64,000 nucleotides of DNA from Eledone cirrhosa (lineage: Eukaryota). The stretch lies in contig OZ024754.1 in the NCBI GenBank assembly GCA_964016885.1, positions 25,792,001 to 25,856,000 on the forward strand. Reading direction: 5' to 3'. The translations under genes were made by a program, and so were the position numbers. How positions within the stretch are numbered: the stretch's first letter is position 1; every line of letters begins with the position of its first letter. The notes below the pieces were generated by a model. That model was not told the DNA's origin. It searched no databases and saw only the letters and a program-made list of their open reading frames with translations. Positions 49,142 to 62,300 of the stretch are shown in pieces.

Positions 49142-52100
49142 TCAGACGACATTCTGCTGTCCACCTCTCCTGAGAGTTTCTTCTCAGACAACCTTCTGCT
49201 GTTCACCTCTCCTGAGAGTTTCTTCTCAGACAACCTGCTGCTGTCCACCTCTCCCTGAGAGTTTCTTCTCAGACAACCTGTGGCTGTCCAACTCTCCTCA
49301 GAGTCTCTTCTCTGAGGACCTTCTGCTGTCCAGCTCTCCCTGAGAGTTTCTTCTCAGACGACCTCATTCTGTCCAGCTCTCCTGAGAGTTTCTTCTCAGA
49401 CGACCTTCTGCTGTCCAGCTCTCCCTGAGAGTTTCTACTCAGACAGCCTGTGGCTGTCCGACTCTACTCAGAGTTTCTTCTCAGACGACCTGCTGCTGTC
49501 CAGCTCTCCCTGAGATTTTCTTCTCAGACAACCTTCTGCTGTCCACCTCTCCCTGAGAGTTTCTTCTCAGACAACCTTCTGCTGTCCAGCTCTCCTGAGA
49601 GTTTCTTCTCAGACAGCCTTCTGCTCTCGACCTCTACTTAAAGTTTCTTCACAGATAACCTTCTGCTGTCCACCTCTCCGGAGAGTTTCTTCTCAGACAA
49701 CCTGTGGCTGTCCACCTCTCCTGAGAGTTTCTTCTCAGACAACCTTCTGCTGTCCAGCTCTCCTGAGAGTTTCTTCTCAGAGAACCTGCTGTTGTCCACC
49801 TCTCCTGAGAGTTTCTTCTCAGACAACCTGCTGCTGTCCACCTCTCCTGAGAGTTCCTTCTCAGACAACCTTCAGCTGTCCACCTCTCCTGAGAGGTTCT
49901 TCACAGATAACCTGCTGCTGTCCAGCTCTCCCTGAGAGTTTCTTCTCAGACAACCTTCTGCTGTCCAGCTCTCCTGAAAGTTTCTTAACAGATAACGTTC
50001 TGCTGTCCACCTCTCCTGAGAGTTTCTTCTCAGACAACCTGTGGCTGTCCACCTCTCCTGAGAGTTTCTTCTCAGACAACCTTCTGCTGTCCAGCTCTCC
50101 CTGCCAGTTTCTTCTCAGACAACCTTCTGCTGTCCAGCTCTCCTGAGAGTTTCTTCTCATACAACCAGCTGCTGTCCACCTCTCCTGAGAGTTTCTTCTA
50201 AGACAACCTGCTGCTGTCCACCTCTCCTGGGAGTTTCTTCTCAGACAACATTCTGCTGTCCAGCTCTCCTGAGAGTTTCTTCTCAGACGACCTGCTGCTG
50301 TCCACCTCTCCTGAGAGTTTCTTCTCAGTCAACCTTCTGCTGTCCACCTCTCCTGAGAGTTTCTTCTCAGACAACCTGTTGCTGTCCACCTCTCCTGAGA
50401 GTTTCTTCTCAGACAGCCTGCTGCTGTCCACCTCTCCTCAGTTTCTTCTCAGACAACCTTCTGCTGTCCAGCTCTCCCTGAGAGTTTCTTCTCAGACGAC
50501 ATTCTGCTGTCCAGCTCTCCCTGAGAGTTTCTTCTCAGACAACCTGTGGCTGTCCAACTCTCCTCAGAGTTTCTTCTCTGAGGACCTTCTGCTGTCCAGC
50601 TCTCCCTGAGAGTTTCTTCTCAGACGACCTTCTGCTCTCCAGCTCTCCTGAGAGTTTCTTCTCAGGCGACCTCCTGCTGTCCAGCTCTCCCTGAGAGTTT
50701 CTACTCAGACAACCTTCTGCCGTCCAGCTCTCCATGAGAATTTCTTCTCAGACGACCTTCTGCTGTCCAGCTCTCCCTGAGAGTTTCTTCTCAGACAACC
50801 TTCTGCTGTCCAGCTCTCCTGAGAGTTTCTTCTCAGACGACCTTCTGCCGTCCACCTCTCCCTGAGAGTTTCTTCTCAGACAACCTGTGGCTGTCGCACT
50901 CTCCTCAGAATTTCTTGTCTGAGGACCTTCTGCTGTCCAGCTCTCCCTGAGAGTTTCTTCTCAGACGACCTTCTGCTCTCCAGCTCTCCCTGAGAATTTC
51001 TTCTCAGACGACCTTCTGCTGTCCAGCTCTCCCTGAGAGTTTATTCTCAGACGACCTTCTGCCGTCCAGCTCTCCCTGAGAGTTTCTTCTCAGACGACCT
51101 GCTGCTGTCCAGCTCTCCTTGAGAGTTTCTTCTCAGACAACCTTCTGCTGCCCAGCTATCCTGAGAGTTTCTTCTCAGACGACTTTCTGCTGTCCACCTC
51201 TCCCTGAGAGTTTCTTCTCAGACAACCTGTGGCTGTCCAACTCTCCTCAGAGTTTCTTCTCTGAGGACCTTCTGCTGTCCAGCTCTCCCTGAGAGTTTCT
51301 TCTCTGATGACCTGCTGATGTCTAGCTCTCCCTGAGAGTTTCTTCTCAGACGACCTCCTGCTGTCCAGCCCTCCTGAGAGTTTCTTCTCAGACGACCTGC
51401 TGCTGTCCAGCTCTCCGTGAGAGTTTCTTCTCAGACAACCTGTTGCTGTCCAGCTCTCCTGAGAGTTTCTTCTCAGACAACCTGCTGCTGTCCACCTCTC
51501 CCTGAGAGTTTCTTCTCAGACAACCTTCTGCTGTCCAGCTCTCCTGAGAGTTTCTTCTCAGACAACCTGTGACTGTCCAACTCTCCTCAGAGTTTCTTCT
51601 CTTAGGACCTTCTGTTGTCCAGCTCTCCCTGAGAGTTTCTTCTCAGACGAGCTGCTGCTGTCCAGCTCTCCCTGGGAGTTTCTTCTCAGAAAACCTTGTG
51701 CCGTCCAGCTCTCCATGAGAATTTCTTCTCAGACGACCTTCTGGTGTCTAGCACTGCCTGAGAGTTTCTGCTGAGACAGACTTCTGCTGTCCAGCTCTCC
51801 TGAGAGATTCTTCTCAGACAACCTGCTGCTGTCCACCTCTCCTGAGAGTTTCTTCTCAGACTACCTGTTGCTGTCCACCTCCCCCTGAGAGTTTCTTCTC
51901 AGACAACCTGCTGCTGTCCACCTCTCCTGAGAGTTTCTTCTCAGACAACCTGCTGCTGTCCACCTCTCCTGAGAGTTTCTTCTCAGACAAACTTCTGCTG
52001 TCCAGCTCTCCCTGAGAGTTTCTTCTCAGACAACCTTCTGCTGTCCAACTCTCCTGAGAGTTTCTTCTCAGACAACCTGCTGCTGTCCAGCTTTCCCTGA

Positions 52101-55100
52101 GAGTTTCTTCTCAGACAACCTTCTGCTGTCCACCTCTCCTGAAAGTTTCTTCTCAGACAACCTTCTGCTGTCCACCTCTCCTGAGAGTTTCTTCTCAGAC
52201 AACATGTGGCTGTCCACCTCTCCTGAGAGTTTCTTCTCAGACAACCTGCTGCTGTCCACCTCTCTTGAGAGTTTCTTCTCAGACAACCTTCTGCTGCCCA
52301 CCACTCCTGAGAGTTTCTTCTAAGACAACCTGTTGCTGTCCAGCTCTCCCTGAGAGTTTCTTATCAGACGACATTCTGCTGTCCACCTCTCCTGAGAGTT
52401 TCTTCTCAGACAACCTTCTGCTGTTCACCTCTCCTGAGAGTTTCTTCTCAGACAACCTGCTGCTGTCCACCTCTCCCTGAGAGTTTCTTCTCAGACAACC
52501 TGTGGCTGTCCAACTCTCCTCAGAGTCTCTTCTCTGAGGACCTTCTGCTGTCCAGCTCTCCCTGAGAGTTTCTTCTCAGACGACCTCATTCTGTCCAGCT
52601 CTCCTGAGAGTTTCTTCTCAGACGACCTTCTGCTGTCCAGCTCTCCCTGAGAGTTTCTACTCAGACAGCCTGTGGCTGTCCGACTCTACTCAGAGTTTCT
52701 TCTCAGACGACCTGCTGCTGTCCAGCTCTCCCTGAGATTTTCTTCTCAGACAACCTTCTGCTGTCCACCTCTCCCTGAGAGTTTCTTCTCAGACAACCTT
52801 CTGCTGTCCAGCTCTCCTGAGAGTTTCTTCTCAGACAGCCTTCTGCTCTCGACCTCTACTTAAAGTTTCTTCACAGATAACCTTCTGCTGTCCACCTCTC
52901 CGGAGAGTTTCTTCTCAGACAACCTGTGGCTGTCCACCTCTCCTGAGAGTTTCTTCTCAGACAACCTTCTGCTGTCCAGCTCTCCTGAGAGTTTCTTCTC
53001 AGAGAACCTGCTGTTGTCCACCTCTCCTGAGAGTTTCTTCTCAGACAACCTGCTGCTGTCCACCTCTCCTGAGAGTTCCTTCTCAGACAACCTTCAGCTG
53101 TCCACCTCTCCTGAGAGGTTCTTCACAGATAACCTGCTGCTGTCCAGCTCTCCCTGAGAGTTTCTTCTCAGACAACCTTCTGCTGTCCAGCTCTCCTGAA
53201 AGTTTCTTAACAGATAACGTTCTGCTGTCCACCTCTCCTGAGAGTTTCTTCTCAGACAACCTGTGGCTGTCCACCTCTCCTGAGAGTTTCTTCTCAGACA
53301 ACCTTCTGCTGTCCAGCTCTCCCTGCCAGTTTCTTCTCAGACAACCTTCTGCTGTCCAGCTCTCCTGAGAGTTTCTTCTCATACAACCAGCTGCTGTCCA
53401 CCTCTCCTGAGAGTTTCTTCTAAGACAACCTGCTGCTGTCCACCTCTCCTGGGAGTTTCTTCTCAGACAACATTCTGCTGTCCAGCTCTCCTGAGAGTTT
53501 CTTCTCAGACGACCTGCTGCTGTCCACCTCTCCTGAGAGTTTCTTCTCAGTCAACCTTCTGCTGTCCACCTCTCCTGAGAGTTTCTTCTCAGACAACCTG
53601 TTGCTGTCCACCTCTCCTGAGAGTTTCTTCTCAGACAGCCTGCTGCTGTCCACCTCTCCTCAGTTTCTTCTCAGACAACCTTCTGCTGTCCAGCTCTCCC
53701 TGAGAGTTTCTTCTCAGACGACATTCTGCTGTCCAGCTCTCCCTGAGAGTTTCTTCTCAGACAACCTGTGGCTGTCCAACTCTCCTCAGAGTTTCTTCTC
53801 TGAGGACCTTCTGCTGTCCAGCTCTCCCTGAGAGTTTCTTCTCAGACGACCTTCTGCTCTCCAGCTCTCCTGAGAGTTTCTTCTCAGGCGACCTCCTGCT
53901 GTCCAGCTCTCCCTGAGAGTTTCTACTCAGACAACCTTCTGCCGTCCAGCTCTCCATGAGAATTTCTTCTCAGACGACCTTCTGCTGTCCAGCTCTCCCT
54001 GAGAGTTTCTTCTCAGACAACCTTCTGCTGTCCAGCTCTCCTGAGAGTTTCTTCTCAGACGACCTTCTGCCGTCCACCTCTCCCTGAGAGTTTCTTCTCA
54101 GACAACCTGTGGCTGTCGCACTCTCCTCAGAGTTTCTTGTCTGAGGACCTTCTGCTGTCCAGCTCTCCCTGAGAGTTTCTTCTCAGACGACCTTCTGCTC
54201 TCCAGCTCTCCCTGAGAATTTCTTCTCAGACGACCTTCTGCTGTCCAGCTCTCCCTGAGAGTTTATTCTCAGACGACCTTCTGCCGTCCAGCTCTCCCTG
54301 AGAGTTTCTTCTCAGACGACCTGCTGCTGTCCAGCTCTCCCTGAGAGTTTCTTCTCAGACAACCTTCTGCTGCCCAGCTATCCTAAGAGTTTCTTCTCAG
54401 ACGACTTTCTGCTGTCCACCTCTCCCTGAGAGTTTCTTCTCAGACAACCTGTGGCTGTCCAACTCTCCTCAGAGTTTCTTCTCTGAGGACCTTCTGCTGT
54501 CCAGCTCTCCCTGAGAGTTTCTTCTCTGATGACCTGCTGATGTCTAGCTCTCCCTGAGAGTTTCTTCTCAGACGACCTCCTGCTGTCCAGCCCTCCTGAG
54601 AGTTTCTTCTCAGACGACCTGCTGCTGTCCAGCTCTCCGTGAGAGTTTCTTCTCAGACAACCTGTTGCTGTCCAGCTCTCCTGAGAGTTTCTTCTCAGAC
54701 AACCTGCTGCTGTCCACCTCTCCCTGAGAGTTTCTTCTCAGACAACCTTCTGCTGTCCAGCTCTCCTGAGAGTTTCTTCTCAGACAACCTGTGACTGTCC
54801 AACTCTCCTCAGAGTTTCTTCTCTTAGGACCTTCTGTTGTCCAGCTCTCCCTGAGAGTTTCTTCTCAGACGAGCTGCTGCTGTCCAGCTCTCCCTGGGAG
54901 TTTCTTCTCAGAAAACCTTGTGCCGTCCAGCTCTCCATGAGAATTTCTTCTCAGACGACCTTCTGGTGTCTAGCACTGCCTGAGAGTTTCTGCTGAGACA
55001 GACTTCTGCTGTCCAGCTCTCCTGAGAGATTCTTCTCAGACAACCTGCTGCTGTCCACCTCTCCTGAGAGTTTCTTCTCAGACTACCTGTTGCTGTCCAC

Positions 55101-58100
55101 CTCTCCCTGAGAGTTTCTTCTCAGACAACCTGCTGCTGTCCACCTCTCCTGAGAGTTTCTTCTCAGACAACCTGCTGCTGTCCACCTCTCCTGAGAGTTT
55201 CTTCTCAGACAAACTTCTGCTGTCCAGCTCTCCCTGAGAGTTTCTTCTCAGACAACCTTCTGCTGTCCAACTCTCCTGAGAGTTTCTTCTCAGACAACCT
55301 GCTGCTGTCCAGCTTTCCCTGAGAGTTTCTTCTCAGACAACCTTCTGCTGTCCACCTCTCCTGAAAGTTTCTTCTCAGACAACCTTCTGCTGTCCACCTC
55401 TCCTGAGAGTTTCTTCTCAGACAACATGTGGCTGTCCACCTCTCCTGAGAGTTTCTTCTCAGACAACCTGCTGCTGTCCACCTCTCTTGAGAGTTTCTTC
55501 TCAGACAACCTTCTGCTGCCCACCACTCCTGAGAGTTTCTTCTAAGACAACCTGTTGCTGTCCAGCTCTCCCTGAGAGTTTCTTATCAGACGACATTCTG
55601 CTGTCCACCTCTCCTGAGAGTTTCTTCTCAGACAACCTTCTGCTGTTCACCTCTCCTGAGAGTTTCTTCTCAGACAACCTGCTGCTGTCCACCTCTCCCT
55701 GAGAGTTTCTTCTCAGACAACCTGTGGCTGTCCAACTCTCCTCAGAGTCTCTTCTCTGAGGACCTTCTGCTGTCCAGCTCTCCCTGAGAGTTTCTTCTCA
55801 GACGACCTCATTCTGTCCAGCTCTCCTGAGAGTTTCTTCTCAGACGACCTTCTGCTGTCCAGCTCTCCCTGAGAGTTTCTACTCAGACAGCCTGTGGCTG
55901 TCCGACTCTACTCAGAGTTTCTTCTCAGACGACCTGCTGCTGTCCAGCTCTCCCTGAGATTTTCTTCTCAGACAACCTTCTGCTGTCCACCTCTCCCTGA
56001 GAGTTTCTTCTCAGACAACCTTCTGCTGTCCAGCTCTCCTGAGAGTTTCTTCTCAGACAGCCTTCTGCTCTCGACCTCTACTTAAAGTTTCTTCACAGAT
56101 AACCTTCTGCTGTCCACCTCTCCGGAGAGTTTCTTCTCAGACAACCTGTGGCTGTCCACCTCTCCTGAGAGTTTCTTCTCAGACAACCTTCTGCTGTCCA
56201 GCTCTCCTGAGAGTTTCTTCTCAGAGAACCTGCTGTTGTCCACCTCTCCTGAGAGTTTCTTCTCAGACAACCTGCTGCTGTCCACCTCTCCTGAGAGTTC
56301 CTTCTCAGACAACCTTCAGCTGTCCACCTCTCCTGAGAGGTTCTTCACAGATAACCTGCTGCTGTCCAGCTCTCCCTGAGAGTTTCTTCTCAGACAACCT
56401 TCTGCTGTCCAGCTCTCCTGAAAGTTTCTTAACAGATAACGTTCTGCTGTCCACCTCTCCTGAGAGTTTCTTCTCAGACAACCTGTGGCTGTCCACCTCT
56501 CCTGAGAGTTTCTTCTCAGACAACCTTCTGCTGTCCAGCTCTCCCTGCCAGTTTCTTCTCAGACAACCTTCTGCTGTCCAGCTCTCCTGAGAGTTTCTTC
56601 TCATACAACCAGCTGCTGTCCACCTCTCCTGAGAGTTTCTTCTAAGACAACCTGCTGCTGTCCACCTCTCCTGGGAGTTTCTTCTCAGACAACATTCTGC
56701 TGTCCAGCTCTCCTGAGAGTTTCTTCTCAGACGACCTGCTGCTGTCCACCTCTCCTGAGAGTTTCTTCTCAGTCAACCTTCTGCTGTCCACCTCTCCTGA
56801 GAGTTTCTTCTCAGACAACCTGTTGCTGTCCACCTCTCCTGAGAGTTTCTTCTCAGACAGCCTGCTGCTGTCCACCTCTCCTCAGTTTCTTCTCAGACAA
56901 CCTTCTGCTGTCCAGCTCTCCCTGAGAGTTTCTTCTCAGACGACATTCTGCTGTCCAGCTCTCCCTGAGAGTTTCTTCTCAGACAACCTGTGGCTGTCCA
57001 ACTCTCCTCAGAGTTTCTTCTCTGAGGACCTTCTGCTGTCCAGCTCTCCCTGAGAGTTTCTTCTCAGACGACCTTCTGCTCTCCAGCTCTCCTGAGAGTT
57101 TCTTCTCAGGCGACCTCCTGCTGTCCAGCTCTCCCTGAGAGTTTCTACTCAGACAACCTTCTGCCGTCCAGCTCTCCATGAGAATTTCTTCTCAGACGAC
57201 CTTCTGCTGTCCAGCTCTCCCTGAGAGTTTCTTCTCAGACAACCTTCTGCTGTCCAGCTCTCCTGAGAGTTTCTTCTCAGACGACCTTCTGCCGTCCACC
57301 TCTCCCTGAGAGTTTCTTCTCAGACAACCTGTGGCTGTCGCACTCTCCTCAGAGTTTCTTGTCTGAGGACCTTCTGCTGTCCAGCTCTCCCTGAGAGTTT
57401 CTTCTCAGACGACCTTCTGCTCTCCAGCTCTCCCTGAGAATTTCTTCTCAGACGACCTTCTGCTGTCCAGCTCTCCCTGAGAGTTTATTCTCAGACGACC
57501 TTCTGCCGTCCAGCTCTCCCTGAGAGTTTCTTCTCAGACGACCTGCTGCTGTCCAGCTCTCCCTGAGAGTTTCTTCTCAGACAACCTTCTGCTGCCCAGC
57601 TATCCTGAGAGTTTCTTCTCAGACGACTTTCTGCTGTCCACCTCTCCCTGAGAGTTTCTTCTCAGACAACCTGTGGCTGTCCAACTCTCCTCAGAGTTTC
57701 TTCTCTGAGGACCTTCTGCTGTCCAGCTCTCCCTGAGAGTTTCTTCTCTGATGACCTGCTGATGTCTAGCTCTCCCTGAGAGTTTCTTCTCAGACGACCT
57801 CCTGCTGTCCAGCCCTCCTGAGAGTTTCTTCTCAGACGACCTGCTGCTGTCCAGCTCTCCGTGAGAGTTTCTTCTCAGACAACCTGTTGCTGTCCAGCTC
57901 TCCTGAGAGTTTCTTCTCAGACAACCTGCTGCTGTCCACCTCTCCCTGAGAGTTTCTTCTCAGACAACCTTCTGCTGTCCAGCTCTCCTGAGAGTTTCTT
58001 CTCAGACAACCTGTGACTGTCCAACTCTCCTCAGAGTTTCTTCTCTTAGGACCTTCTGTTGTCCAGCTCTCCCTGAGAGTTTCTTCTCAGACGAGCTGCT

Positions 58101-58970
58101 GCTGTCCAGCTCTCCCTGGGAGTTTCTTCTCAGAAAACCTTGTGCCGTCCAGCTCTCCATGAGAATTTCTTCTCAGACGACCTTCTGGTGTCTAGCACTG
58201 CCTGAGAGTTTCTGCTGAGACAGACTTCTGCTGTCCAGCTCTCCTGAGAGATTCTTCTCAGACAACCTGCTGCTGTCCACCTCTCCTGAGAGTTTCTTCT
58301 CAGACTACCTGTTGCTGTCCACCTCTCCCTGAGAGTTTCTTCTCAGACAACCTGCTGCTGTCCACCTCTCCTGAGAGTTTCTTCTCAGACAACCTGCTGC
58401 TGTCCACCTCTCCTGAGAGTTTCTTCTCAGACAAACTTCTGCTGTCCAGCTCTCCCTGAGAGTTTCTTCTCAGACAACCTTCTGCTGTCCAACTCTCCTG
58501 AGAGTTTCTTCTCAGACAACCTGCTGCTGTCCAGCTTTCCCTGAGAGTTTCTTCTCAGACAACCTTCTGCTGTCCACCTCTCCTGAAAGTTTCTTCTCAG
58601 ACAACCTTCTGCTGTCCACCTCTCCTGAGAGTTTCTTCTCAGACAACATGTGGCTGTCCACCTCTCCTGAGAGTTTCTTCTCAGACAACCTGCTGCTGTC
58701 CACCTCTCTTGAGAGTTTCTTCTCAGACAACCTTCTGCTGCCCACCACTCCTGAGAGTTTCTTCTAAGACAACCTGTTGCTGTCCAGCTCTCCCTGAGAG
58801 TTTCTTATCAGACGACATTCTGCTGTCCACCTCTCCTGAGAGTTTCTTCTCAGACAACCTTCTGCTGTTCACCTCTCCTGAGAGTTTCTTCTCAGACAAC
58901 CTGCTGCTGTCCACCTCCCCCTGAGAGTTTCTTCTCAGACAACCTGTGGCTGTCCAACTCTCCTCAGAGT
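49142..58970. repeat. Three near-identical tandem copies of a 3222-bp HOR (~76 monomers)
   Basis: Identical ORF sets at offset 3222 (49450/52672/55894, 50198/53420/56642, 52068/55290/58512). One TCCGGA per unit at 49677, 52899 and 56121. I saw only a few differences by eye (near 50910, 51119, 51882, 54385). Confidence 0.95.
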
Positions 58971-59399
58971 CTCTTCTCTGAGGACCTTCTGATATCCAGC
59001 TCTCCCTGAGAGTTTCTTCTCAGACGACCTCATTCTGTCCAGCTCTCCTGAGAGTTTCTTCTCAGACGACCTTCTGCTGTCCACCTCTCCCTGAGAGTTT
59101 CTTCTCAGACAACCTGTGGCTGTCCAACTCTCCTCAGAGTTTCTTCTCTGAGGTCCTTCTGCTGTCCAGCTCTCCCTGAGAGTTTCTTCTCAGACGACGA
59201 CCTTATGCTCTCCAGCTCTCCCTGAGAGTTTCTTCTCAGACGACCTTCTGCTCTCCAGCTCTCCCTGAGAGTTTCTTCTCAGAGGACCTTCTGCTGTCCC
59301 GCTCTCCCTGAGAGTTTCTTCTCAGACGACCTGCTGCTGTCCAGCTCTCCCTGAGATTTTCTTCTCAGACAACCTTCTGCTGTCCACCTCTCCCTGAGA

Positions 59400-62300
59400 G
59401 TTTCTTCTCAGACAACCTTCTGCTGTCCAGCTCTCCTGAGAGGTTCTTCTCAGACAGGCTTCTGCTCTCGACCTCTACTTAAAGTTTCTTCACAGATAAC
59501 CTTCTGCTGTCCACCTCTCCCGAGAGTTTCTTCTCAGACAACCTGTGGCTGTCCACCTCTCCTGAGAGTTTCTTCTCAGACAACCTTCTGCTGTCCAGCT
59601 CTCCTGAGAGTTTCTTCTCAGAGAACCTGCTGTTGTCCACCTCTCCTGAGAGTTTCTTCTCAGACAACCTGCTGCTGTCCACCTCTCCTGAGAGTTTCTT
59701 CTCAGACAACCTTCTGCTGTCCACCTCTCCTGAGAGGTTCTTCTCAGATAACCTGCTGCTGTCCAGCTCTCCCTGAGAATTTCTTCTCAGACAACGTTCT
59801 GCTGTCCAGCTCTCCTGAAAGTTTCTTAACAGATAACGTTCTGCTGTCCACCTCTCCTGAGACTTTCTTCTCAGACAACCTGTGGCTGTCCACCTCTCCT
59901 GAGAGTTTCTTCTCAGACAAGCTGCTGTTGTCCACCTCTCCTGGGAGTTTCTTCTCAGACAACATTCTGCTGTCCAGCTCTCCTGAGAGTTTCTTCTCAG
60001 ACGACCTGCTGCTGTCCACCTCTCCTGAGAGTTTCTTCTCAGACAACCTTCTGCTGTCCACCTCTCCTGAGAGTTTCTTCTCAGACAACCTGTTGCTGTC
60101 CAACTCTCCCTGAGAGTTTCTTCTCAGACGACCATCTGCTCTCCACCTCTCCTGAGAGTTTCTTCTCAGACAACCTTCTGCTGTCCACTTCTCCTGAGAG
60201 TTTCTTCTCAGATGACCTTCTGCTGTCCAGCTCTCCTGAGAGTTTCTTCTCAGGCAGCCTGCTGCTGTCCACCTCTCCTTAGTTTCTTCTCAGACAACCT
60301 TCTGCTGTCCAGCTCTCCCTGAGAGTTTCTTCTCAGACGACCTTTTGCTGTCCAGCTCTCCCTGAGAGTTTCTTCTCAGATGACCTGCTGCTGTCTAGCT
60401 CTCCCTGAGAGTTTCTTCTCAGACGACCTCCTGCTGTCCAGCTCTCCTGAGAGTTTCTTCTCAGACGACCTCCTGCTGTCCAGCTCTCCCTGAGAGTTTC
60501 TACTCAGACAACTTTCTGCCGTCCAGCTCTCCATGAGAATTTCTTCTTAGACGACCTTCTGCTGTCCAGCTCTCCCTGAGAGTTTCTTCTCAGACAACCT
60601 TCTGCTGTCCAGCTCTCCTGAGAGTTTCTTCTCAGACGACCTTCTGCCGTCCACCTCTCCCTGAGAGTTTCTTCTCAGACAACCTGTGGCTGTCGCACTC
60701 TTCTCAGAGTTTCTTCTCTGAGGACCTTCTGCTGTCCAGCTCTCCCTGAGAGTTTCTTCTCAGACGACCTTCTGCTCTCCAGCTCTCCCTGAGAGTTTCT
60801 TCTCAGACGACCTGCTGCTGTCCAGCTCTCCCTGAGAGTTTCTTCTCAGACAACCTTCTGCTGTCCAACTCTCCTGAGAGTTTCTTCTCAGACAACCTTC
60901 TGCTGTCCAGCTCTCCTGAAAGTTTCTTCTCAGACAATCTTCTACTGTCCACCTCTCCTGAAAGTTTCTTCTCAGACAACCTTCTGCTGTCCACCTCTCC
61001 TGAGAGTTTCTTCTCAGACAACCTGTGGCTGTCCACCTCTCCTGAGAGTTTCTACTCAGACAACCTGCTGCTGTCCACCTCTCCTGAGAGTTTCTTCTCA
61101 AACAACCCTCTGCTGTCCACCTCTCCTGAGAGTTTCTTCTAAGACAACCTGTTGCTGTCCAGCTCTCCCCGAGTTTTTCTTCTCATACGACCTTCTGCTG
61201 TCCACCTCTCCTGAGAGTTTCTTCTCAGACAACCTTCTGCTGTCCACCTCTCCTGAGAGTTTCTTCTCAGACGACCTTCTGCTGTCCAGCTCTCCTGAGA
61301 GTTTCTTCTCAGACAACCTGCTGCTGTCCACCTCTCACTGAGAGTTTCTTCTCAGACAACCTGTGGCTGTCCAACTCTCCTCAGAGTTTCTTCTCTGAGG
61401 ACCTTCTGCTGTCCAGATCTCCCTGAGAGTTTCTTCTCAGACGACCTTCTGCTGTCCAGCTCTCCTGAGAGTTTCTTCTCAGACGACCTTCTGCTGTCCA
61501 CCTCTCCCTGAGAGTTTCTTCTCAGACAACCTTCTGCTGTCCAGCTCTCCTGAGAATTTCTTCTCAGACAGCCTTCTGCTGTCGACCTCTACTTAAAGTT
61601 TCTTCACAGATAACCTTCTGCTGTCCACCTCTCCGGAGAGTTTCTTCTCGGACAACCTCTGGCTGTCCACCTCTCCTGAGAGTTTCTTCTCAGAGAACCT
61701 GCTGTTGTCCACCTCTCCTGAGAGTTTCTTCTCAGACAACCTGCTGCTGTCCACCTCTCCTGAGAGTTTCTTCTGAGACAACCTTCTGCTGTCCACCTCT
61801 CCTGAGAGGTTCTTCTCAGATAACCTGCTGCTGTCCAGCTCTCGCTGAGAGTTTCTTCTCAGACGACCTTCTGCTCTCCAGCTCTCCCTGAGAGTTTCTT
61901 CTCAGACGACATGCTGCTGTCCAGCTCTCCCTGAGAGTTTCTTCTCAGACGACCTTCTGCTGTCCAGCTCTCCCTGAGAGTTTCTTCTCAGACGACCTGC
62001 TGCTGTCCAGCTCACCCTGAGATTTTCTTCTCAGACAAACTTCTGCTGTCCACCTCTCCCTGAGAGTCTCTTCTCAGACAACCTGTGGCTGTCCAACTCT
62101 CCTCGGAGTTTCTTCTCTGAGGACCTTCTGCTGTCCAGCTTTCCCTGAGAGTTTCTTCTCAGACGACCTTCTGCTGTCCAGCTCTCCCTGAGAGTTGCTT
62201 CTCAGGCGACCTTCTGCTGTCCAGCTCTCCCTGAGAGTTTCTTCTCAGACAACCTTCTGCTGTCCAGCTCTCCTGAGAGTTTCTTCTCAGACAGGCTTCT

